The notes below the pieces were generated by a model that worked only from the letters and a program-made list of their open reading frames with translations, searched no databases and was not told the origin of the DNA. Both the position numbers and the translations under genes were made by a program. Positions 57,208-64,000 of a DNA stretch of 64,000 nucleotides are shown piece after piece. Source of the DNA: an uncultured Chloroflexia bacterium (GTDB taxonomy: Bacteria; Chloroflexota; Dehalococcoidia; DSTF01; JALHUB01). Every line of letters begins with the position of its first letter. Within the stretch, counting starts at the first letter, position 1. The DNA lies in assembly GCA_963703345.1 (NCBI GenBank), contig OY969814.1, forward strand, positions 2,119,998 through 2,183,997, read 5' to 3'.

Positions 57208-57666
57208 ATGATTGAAGGCGTCGAGCTGAAGGAGCTGGTCACGCACAGCGACGAGCGCGGCTTCTTTCGCGAGATCGTGCGCGGGACGGAGGCGATTGCT
57301 GTCGAGGGCTTTGCGCAGGTCGGCCACTCGCTGATGTTCCCCGGCGTAATCAAAGCCTGGCACGTCCACCCGCATCAGATCGACTGGTGGTACGTGGTGG
57401 CCGGCGACCTCAAAGTCGCGCTGTACGATCTGCGAGAGGGCTCTTCGACGTGCGGAGAGCTGCAGGAAGTCTTCCTCGGCGACCACTATCCGAAGCGGCT
57501 GCTCAAGATACCGGCGGGCGTGGCCCACGGCTGCAAGGCGATAGGCGGACAAGCGCACCTGGTGTACCTGACATCGAGCACGTACGACGTCGCGGAAGAG
57601 GGGCGTTTGCCGCACGACGACCCGCGCATCGGCTACGATTGGCTGGCGCCGCCGCCGATAAGCTAG
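57208..57666 (+). CDS. RmlC-like cupin sugar-nucleotide epimerase (short form)
   Basis: HSDERGFFREI, KAWHVHPHQIDWWYVVAGDLKVALYDLR, IPAGVAHG. Confidence 0.75.
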   Translation: MIEGVELKELVTHSDERGFFREIVRGTEAIAVEGFAQVGHSLMFPGVIKAWHVHPHQIDWWYVVAGDLKVALYDLREGSSTCGELQEVFLGDHYPKRLLKIPAGVAHGCKAIGGQAHLVYLTSSTYDVAEEGRLPHDDPRIGYDWLAPPPIS

Positions 57667-57862
57667 CCTATCGGTCCTCCCTGGAAGTCTTCCTTTACGT
57701 TCCGCCCGAAGTGCACCCACTGCCCGGTCGCCGGCTCCGCCTTGTCGATGAAGATGAACTTGGCGTTATCGACGCGCAACAGCTCGGTGGCGGCGCCGGA
57801 GGAGGTGGCGGAGCTGCGTGTTCGTCGTCGCGACGGGCCGAAAGGTGAGGAATGAGGCGAGA

Positions 57863-59086
57863 CTAACCTGCGCGCGCGCTCCAGCCTACGTTCGGGCCGG
57901 AAGCCGACTCGCTGCTCTTCTCGCGCTTGGCCTCGGCGAGGGCGGCCTCCGCAGCGTCGATAAGTTCGTCACGGGAGGTGCCGTCTTCGGGGTAGGCGAC
58001 GATGGCGACGCTGGCGGTAACGGGTTCGGGCGGGCCATCGCCTCCGAACACCGTCACCTGGCCGATCTGCGCGATGAGCTTGCTCGTCATTGCGACGGCG
58101 ACGGCGCGGTTGCTCTCCGGCAGGATGAGCGCGAACTCATCGCTGCCGTAGCGAACGGCGACCTCCGGCTCCGCAAGCGAAGTCGTCATCATCATGCCGA
58201 CAGAGCGCAGCAGCTTGTCGCCCATCGAAGGCCCGTAGCCCTCGTTGAAAGCCGTGAAACCATCGATGTCGAGGAGAACGATCGACAGGGGCCGGTTGTA
58301 GCGATTCGCCCTGACAATCTCCTGGGCCAGCGTGTCCTTGAAGAAGCGGCGATTGCGCAGCCACGTCACCTCGTCCACCTCGCTGAAGCGGCCTGCCTCT
58401 TCCTGGTCCAGGCTTTCTTTGAGGGCCAGCGTGCAATGGCCGGCCAGAAGCTCCAGGATCTCGATGTCGATGTCCTCGTGGTCGAACATGAACGTGACCA
58501 GCCCGATGGGCTCGCCGTTCATGACCAGCGGGACCATGGCCAGCTTCCTGACGTCGAGGCGCTTCTGTCCACTCTCGCAACTCTGGCGCCCCAGCACGTC
58601 TTCCGCCAGGTCACGCACGGACGGCGCGACGACGACTTCGCCGCCTTCAAGGATTATGCGGCGGGTGCTGCGGAGGTAGAGCGGAAACTCCAGTTGCGTC
58701 ATCTCCGCCTCGAACGCGAGCGATGCCTGATCGAGACGCGCGTCGTTCGTGCCCTCGAGCGGCTTGGCGTGGAGGACGCCGCGTCGCTTGTCCAGCAGGA
58801 GGGGATAGACTACTTTCGCGCCGCTGATCTGGGGCGCCTTCTCCAGAAACAGCGTCAGTATCTCCGTGCTCGTGCCGGCGCTGTGTAAGAGCAACGCTAG
58901 AATGCCGAGCTCGCGCAGGCGCTCCACCTGCCGTCGCAGAGCGGCCGTGTCCGGATTGTCGTCCGCTTGCGGGTCCTTCGACCGGTTAATCCCGGGCTCT
59001 CCTTTGGGCGGTTGCGACTCCCCGAGCAGCCATTTGCTGATTCCCGCCCTTAGCTGGCCCTTTCCGGCCTTTCCTTCTTCCTCCAA
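57863..59086 (-). CDS. GAF-GGDEF protein with GSDEF active-site variant
   Basis: TTG after AAGGAGG. RYNRPLSIVLLDIDGFTAFNEGYG...VRYGSDEFALILPE. GAF-like middle region. Confidence 0.8.
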   Translation of the reverse strand: MEEEGKAGKGQLRAGISKWLLGESQPPKGEPGINRSKDPQADDNPDTAALRRQVERLRELGILALLLHSAGTSTEILTLFLEKAPQISGAKVVYPLLLDKRRGVLHAKPLEGTNDARLDQASLAFEAEMTQLEFPLYLRSTRRIILEGGEVVVAPSVRDLAEDVLGRQSCESGQKRLDVRKLAMVPLVMNGEPIGLVTFMFDHEDIDIEILELLAGHCTLALKESLDQEEAGRFSEVDEVTWLRNRRFFKDTLAQEIVRANRYNRPLSIVLLDIDGFTAFNEGYGPSMGDKLLRSVGMMMTTSLAEPEVAVRYGSDEFALILPESNRAVAVAMTSKLIAQIGQVTVFGGDGPPEPVTASVAIVAYPEDGTSRDELIDAAEAALAEAKREKSSESASGPNVGWSARAG

Positions 59087-59104
59087 CTAAAGCCTCCTTG
59101 GGCA

Positions 59105-60169
59105 TCAAGCCTTATCCCCAAGCTGCACCAGCATCGTGTTCGAATCGTGGGGCACGACGGTGCAGTTCCGCTTCATGACCTTGTGCAGCGCGTTCTCCAG
59201 CTCCGACGACTGGAGCTCGTCTGTGCTCTCCAGCGATATCGAAGCTATACCGTTGACGTAGTTGAGCAGCGACAGGTTTCGCACCGAAGGGATGCTGTTC
59301 AGCGCCTGATGCAGTTGCATAAGCTCCACCGAGTTCTTGCGATCTTCGACGGTGACGCGATACGCGTATGGCGCCGGCGTGTCATCGGGTACGAGCGTTA
59401 CGGGCTTCGGGGCGGGCCGCGACGGCCCTACCGGCATCACCCAGCCGCCTTCCGCCTCCTCCGCCTGATGGGCCTTCTCCCTCGCGCCGGACTTGCGTCG
59501 CATCGCCTGCCATTCGCGGTTGAGATGCCCGCCTTCTCCGCCGTGAGGAATCGATGCCGGGCGCGACGGCTCCTCTTCCTCGGTGTCAAGCAATCGGAGA
59601 GGAGCACCGAACTCGGCGACCGGCGGCGCCTCTGGCCCGCGCTGCGGCTGGTCGATGAAGGCCCCGAGAGCCTCCTCGAGCCCGCCGAGGCTGCGTAGGA
59701 GCGGCGCCATCTGCTGCAGCGTCGCGCGCAGGAAGCGAATAGACTCCGCGGCCTCGTTGATGCTGCGTTCGACCGAGCGAAGGGCGTCGGTCCAGGCAGC
59801 CAGAGCGGGCGCCAGGTCGTCTCCCGTTTCGGGCGGAGGCGCGGCAGATGGAAGCGCCGGAGATGTCTCGAGCGTACCTTCCACCAAGTCGTCCGCCGTT
59901 TCGGACGGAAGCGCAGCGGACGCAGGCGCCGGAGACGTCTCAGGCACACTCTCCGGCAACGCCCCTACCTCGTCGGTCTCCGACCCGTCACTCAACAAAG
60001 CATCTGTCGTCAAATCCACCCCCACAAGGGGATATCGCCCGCAGCCGGCCGCTCGGGCAACGACATCTCTCACCATATTGATCGGCAGGTCGGGCCCCAC
60101 TCCACACGTTCGTCCGGCAAGTAGACTACCAGCGACGGCTTCCGGTAACATCGGCTTGAATCCGTGCAT
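59105..60169 (-). CDS. Hypothetical protein with acidic Pro-rich internal duplication
   Basis: 354-aa ORF, 18 nt upstream of the GGDEF gene. ETSPAPASAALPSETADDLVEG / ETSPALPSAAPPPETGDDLAPA. No SD at the annotated ATG. Confidence 0.55.
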   Translation of the reverse strand: MHGFKPMLPEAVAGSLLAGRTCGVGPDLPINMVRDVVARAAGCGRYPLVGVDLTTDALLSDGSETDEVGALPESVPETSPAPASAALPSETADDLVEGTLETSPALPSAAPPPETGDDLAPALAAWTDALRSVERSINEAAESIRFLRATLQQMAPLLRSLGGLEEALGAFIDQPQRGPEAPPVAEFGAPLRLLDTEEEEPSRPASIPHGGEGGHLNREWQAMRRKSGAREKAHQAEEAEGGWVMPVGPSRPAPKPVTLVPDDTPAPYAYRVTVEDRKNSVELMQLHQALNSIPSVRNLSLLNYVNGIASISLESTDELQSSELENALHKVMKRNCTVVPHDSNTMLVQLGDKA

Positions 60170-60198
60170 CTTTGCGGGAGCAGAAAGGACGCGCCGAG

Positions 60199-61236
60199 AT
60201 GAAGGCAGTGGTGTTCAACGAGCACGGGGACATCGACGTCCTCAAGTACACAGACGTACCGGAGCCACAGGTCTCGCCGAACGAGGTGCTGATCAAGGTG
60301 AAGGCATCCGGTTGCAACTACAACGATATCTGGGCGCGGCGCGGCATGCCGGGCGTGTCTATAATCATGCCGCACATCTCGGGAAGCGATGCCGCCGGCG
60401 AAGTCGTTAACGTGGGCAGCGAGGTCAAGAATGTGAAGGTCGGCGATGAGGTCGTCGTCTTCAGCAGCTTCAGTTGCGGGACCTGCGAGGCTTGCGCCGG
60501 CGGCGACGTGTTCTTCTGCCGTCAGTTCAAGATCTGGGGCTTCCAGACCGGCCCTCTCGATGGCGGTCACGCCGAGTACGCTAAAGTCCCTGCCTTCAAC
60601 GTCGTGCCGAAGCCGAAGAATCTTAGCTGGGAGCAGGCGGCCTCCATGCCGCTGGTCCTCTTCACCGCCTGGCGGATGCTGGTCACCCGGGCGAAGGTGA
60701 AACCGGGCGACCTCGTCCTGATCTGGGGTGGTGCCGGCGGCCTGGGGACGATGGCGGTCCAGATCTGTAAGCTGTTCAACGCCAAGGCCATCGCCGTGGC
60801 GAACAGCGACGACAAGCTGCAGATCGCCAGCGAGCTGGGCGCCGCATACACGATCAATCGCAGCAAGCAGGACGTGAACGAAGAGATACGGAAGATCACC
60901 GAGCGCCGCGGCGTCGACATCGCCTTCGAGCACGTGGGCGAAGCGACGTGGGAGACGAGCGTCCGTTCCCTCAAGTGGGGCGGCACGCTGGTAACCTGCG
61001 GCGCGACCAGCGGCTTCGACGCCAAGACGGACATTCGCCTGCTCTGGAACAAGCAGCTCAACTTCCGCGGCTCACACATGGCGAACAAGGCAGAGTTCCT
61101 CGACGCCTGGCGCTGGGTGGAGAGCGGCGACATCAAGCCGGCCGTGTTTATCGCGCTGCCGCTTCAGGAGGCCGGCCTGGCCCAGAAGGCTATGGAAGAG
61201 GGACGCGTGATCGGCAAGGTCGTGCTGACTCGCTGA
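60199..61236 (+). CDS. MDR-family NAD(P)-dependent oxidoreductase (zinc-ADH/quinone-reductase-like)
   Basis: MKAVVFNEHGDIDVLKY...GCNYNDIWARRG...GGAGGLG. Confidence 0.88.
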   Translation: MKAVVFNEHGDIDVLKYTDVPEPQVSPNEVLIKVKASGCNYNDIWARRGMPGVSIIMPHISGSDAAGEVVNVGSEVKNVKVGDEVVVFSSFSCGTCEACAGGDVFFCRQFKIWGFQTGPLDGGHAEYAKVPAFNVVPKPKNLSWEQAASMPLVLFTAWRMLVTRAKVKPGDLVLIWGGAGGLGTMAVQICKLFNAKAIAVANSDDKLQIASELGAAYTINRSKQDVNEEIRKITERRGVDIAFEHVGEATWETSVRSLKWGGTLVTCGATSGFDAKTDIRLLWNKQLNFRGSHMANKAEFLDAWRWVESGDIKPAVFIALPLQEAGLAQKAMEEGRVIGKVVLTR

Positions 61237-61258
61237 TCCGGCGTTCGAGGCACGGCGG

Positions 61259-61858
61259 TCACGCCCCGCCGGGGCCCGAGAGCGGCAGCCGCCAGGGTAT
61301 CTCTTCTCGCAGGTCGAAGCTCATCTTGCCCAGTCGCAGCCGCCGCACAACGTCGCCGACGACGGTGACGAGAAGCACGCCGACGAATATGTTCAGTGGC
61401 GTCGACATCGTCGCCGGAAGCGCTCCTATGGCGATGAACAACGCGGTCCCCGCCGCCGGCGGATGGTACGATCGCAGACCGACGTTGAAAAGCAGGGTGA
61501 AAGCTGCTGCCAGCAAGGCCGCCCACATCCGCAGCGCGACCGGATGTCCTGCAGCCAATATCGATGGAGAGTTGACGGCCCCCACGGCATGCAGCGCGAG
61601 AAACGCGGCGCCGACGCCGGTCATGTGACCAACCATGATATTGTAGGGCCGTGAGGTCTCGCGCGTGGGGGTCGTCGCCTGGAAGTAGGCCGTCGGGCCC
61701 AGGCTGGGGAAGAGCCACACTCTGTCAACGGCGAAAGCGAGAGCTAGCGGCACCGTCAAGATGGCCGCCCCCGCTAGGGGCTCCCAGACGATGTTGGGGA
61801 TGTCAGGAATGCGACTGAGCCATCCCGTGCGCGGGACCGTCGTTTCTTCGGGCGCCAA
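61259..61858 (-). CDS. HPP-family membrane protein
   Basis: FPSLGPTAYF and YHPPAAGTAL motifs, 4-5 TM helices. Confidence 0.8.
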   Translation of the reverse strand: MAPEETTVPRTGWLSRIPDIPNIVWEPLAGAAILTVPLALAFAVDRVWLFPSLGPTAYFQATTPTRETSRPYNIMVGHMTGVGAAFLALHAVGAVNSPSILAAGHPVALRMWAALLAAAFTLLFNVGLRSYHPPAAGTALFIAIGALPATMSTPLNIFVGVLLVTVVGDVVRRLRLGKMSFDLREEIPWRLPLSGPGGA

Positions 61859-61901
61859 CGCTCTTCCTTGAAATCAAGCCGCCCGTTGAGATCAGGACGT
61901 T

Positions 61902-62861
61902 CTACATACCGGCGCTCATGCCGTCGAGTGCAGCGACCTCCTCGGGCGAGAGGCGCAGGTCGACCGCGGGCAGGATGGCCGCGAGCTGCTCCTCACTGTT
62001 GGCGCCGATGATGGGCGACGTTATCACGGGCTTGGCGAGCAGCCACGCGACGGCGACCGCCGCCAGCGTCGTCTCACGCGCCCGGGCAATCACCTCCAAC
62101 GCCTCGATGACGCGCCAGCCGGCGTCGTTCTCATAGCGTCTCACACCGCCCGCGCGAGCGCTCTTCGGTTCGGGGCGGTCGCGGCGGTACTTGCCGGTCA
62201 GGAAGCCGCTGGCGAGGGGGCTGTAAGGGATGACGGCGATGCTCTCGCGCAGGCAGAGGCCGGCGAGGGCCTCCTCGAACTCACCGCGGTGCACAAGGCT
62301 GTAGTTCGGCTGCAGCGAGATATAGCGAGACAGCGAGTTCTGGCGCGCAACGTCTAGGGCTTCTTCCAGCAACGGCGCCGAGTAATTCGAAGCGCCGATA
62401 TAGCGCACCTTCCCCGACCGGACTAGATCGTCGAAGGCGCGAAGCGTCTCCTCGATGGGTGTCTCGTCGTCGGGCGCGTGCGACTGGTAGAGATCGATTG
62501 TCTCGATCTGGAGGCGCTGCAGGCTCTTCTCGACCGCCTGCACGATGTGATTGCGTCCGAGGCCCTTGCCGTCCGGCCCTTCCCACACCGGCATGCGGAC
62601 CTTGGTCGCGACGACCATCCTGTCACGATTGCCGCGCGCCTTCAGCCAGCGGCCGATGATCGATTCGGAGACGCCGCCGGGGTTGTCGGGAGCCCAGCGG
62701 CTGTAGACGTCCGCCGTATCGATGAAGTTGCCGCCGGCAGCGACGAAAGCGTCCATGACGTCGAACGCTGCGGCTGCGTCGGCGGTCCAGCCGAACTGCA
62801 TCGACCCCAGGCAGAGGGCCGAGACCTCCAGGTCTGTTACGCCGAACTTACGTCGCTGCAT
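61902..62861 (-). CDS. Aldo/keto reductase
   Basis: LGSMQFGW...[12 protein letters not shown]...RYIGASNY. Confidence 0.92.
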   Translation of the reverse strand: MQRRKFGVTDLEVSALCLGSMQFGWTADAAAAFDVMDAFVAAGGNFIDTADVYSRWAPDNPGGVSESIIGRWLKARGNRDRMVVATKVRMPVWEGPDGKGLGRNHIVQAVEKSLQRLQIETIDLYQSHAPDDETPIEETLRAFDDLVRSGKVRYIGASNYSAPLLEEALDVARQNSLSRYISLQPNYSLVHRGEFEEALAGLCLRESIAVIPYSPLASGFLTGKYRRDRPEPKSARAGGVRRYENDAGWRVIEALEVIARARETTLAAVAVAWLLAKPVITSPIIGANSEEQLAAILPAVDLRLSPEEVAALDGMSAGM

Positions 62862-62923
62862 GTCCTCATTCTATCACGACGTGAAGCGCTCGAAGGGGGC
62901 TCTCGTAAGCGGCGAAAGGCGCC

Positions 62924-64000
62924 CTATTCGCCGCCGAAATCGTCTGCTTCCACGTCGGCTGCCTTGCCGGTCAGCACGCCGAGCCGGACGGCGCTCACCT
63001 TTCGGTAGACCTCCCGCGGATCCCGCAGGACACCGTCGACGGTGAGCAGCGCGTCGACCCTGATGCCGAAGAGCCGTTCGTTCTCCACCAGATAAGGGCG
63101 TATCAGGAGCCAGTCGTCGTCGGTCAATGGGCCAAGCTCGCCGCCGTTGAGCTGCGACTCTTCGACCTGCCCCAGCGGGTCGCGCACGTAGATGGCGCCG
63201 CCGGAGGCGAGCGAGAAGAGGTTGCCGCCGGGATAGGGGACCGGCTGCGGCACGAGATTGTTGCGCTCATCGAACTCCATGCCGTTGACGACGACGAAGC
63301 CGCCGCCGTTTAGGGGGTCGCCGGCCATGAACGATTCGGCGAGGAAGTCGAGGCAGGTGCCGTTGATGACGACGCGCGGCCTTCCGACGGCATTGATCAG
63401 CGGCCGCCCGGCGGCGTTGCCGAGGACGTATACTTCGCCGCCCTTGGCGCCGTAGAGGAACGTCTGACCGACGTCGCCGTGGACGACGAGCTTGCCGCGA
63501 TTCATGATCTGCCCGAGCTGGTCCTGCGCATTGCTGTGGACGAATATGGAGAGGCCGTCGATTCCGGAGGCCAGGTAGTCGCCGGAGCTGCCGTACACGT
63601 CGATTCGGACGTCCTGCGTCTCCGGGCCCAGGCCGCAGCCGGCAAAGCGCTGGCCGCGATAGCCGTGGCAGATGAAGCGGCGCCACCCCATCCCATAGGC
63701 GCGACGCACGAGCACGGCGTCGCAATCGTCGCCTTCCGGCGGGAAGTCTTCGACGTTGACGACGAGCGTTTCCTCGCCCGCTTGCGGCGGCGCAAGCAGC
63801 TCACGGGTCTGCCAGTCGATCTTGCGATAGGCAGCACTGTTGACGGACCCGAACGGTGGCGCGGCTTCGAACAGCGACGAGAGCGATTCGTCGATGACGC
63901 GCAGCACCGAGCTCCGACGCTTGTCCCCCGTGTCATAGCGACGGTCGCGCAGCAGCGTGAGCACTTCGATGGCCGTTGCGGCGCCGTTGCCCTCGGACGC
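62924..64000 (-). CDS. GXGXG-motif protein (glutamate synthase alpha C-terminal / FwdC-like); 5' end may lie outside the window
   Basis: YGSSGDYLASGIDGLSIFVHSNAQDQLGQIMNRGKLVVHGDVGQTFLYGAKGGEVYVLGNAAGRP. The frame stays open to the window edge. Confidence 0.75.
   Translation of the reverse strand, partial: ASEGNGAATAIEVLTLLRDRRYDTGDKRRSSVLRVIDESLSSLFEAAPPFGSVNSAAYRKIDWQTRELLAPPQAGEETLVVNVEDFPPEGDDCDAVLVRRAYGMGWRRFICHGYRGQRFAGCGLGPETQDVRIDVYGSSGDYLASGIDGLSIFVHSNAQDQLGQIMNRGKLVVHGDVGQTFLYGAKGGEVYVLGNAAGRPLINAVGRPRVVINGTCLDFLAESFMAGDPLNGGGFVVVNGMEFDERNNLVPQPVPYPGGNLFSLASGGAIYVRDPLGQVEESQLNGGELGPLTDDDWLLIRPYLVENERLFGIRVDALLTVDGVLRDPREVYRKVSAVRLGVLTGKAADVEADDFGGE

Overview
High-GC bacterial chromosomal segment. 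Taxon cannot be fixed from sequence alone. The composition, Pro/Thr-linker exoproteins and AGGAGG-type ribosome binding sites resemble Chloroflexota or Actinomycetota (inference). Most of the window is housekeeping or metabolic: the 3' end of a tad pilus operon, secA, prs, purN, a D-Ala-D-Ala carboxypeptidase, two family-III CoA-transferases, an amidase, a LivGFHM plus binding-protein transporter, three further ABC systems, fatty-acid-CoA ligases, dehydrogenases, an hpt fusion and an aldo/keto reductase. Embedded in this is an unusual set of cell-surface genes. One is a sorting-signal-anchored protein with two cohesin-like modules and more than 1.5 kb of Pro/Thr tandem repeats (52126-55551). 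Another is a papain-family protease ending in a dockerin-like duplicated Ca-loop module (6307-8268). There are three more PT-linker proteins and a one-polypeptide ECF sigma / zinc anti-sigma / TM fusion (26688-28031). A Wzm/Wzt glycan-export operon sits beside the cohesin gene. I read the cohesin and dockerin genes as a candidate non-cellulosomal cohesin-dockerin surface display system; this is the strongest lead. Other leads: a J-like x2 + FHA-like protein coupled to a wHTH-AAA+ ATPase at the end of the tad operon; a decayed integrase with two tRNA fragments; several short repeat families (41-bp operator-like, 27-bp, REP-like hairpins); degenerate c-di-GMP domains; and two pseudogenes. All domain calls come from motif reading by eye and need HMM or structure confirmation.
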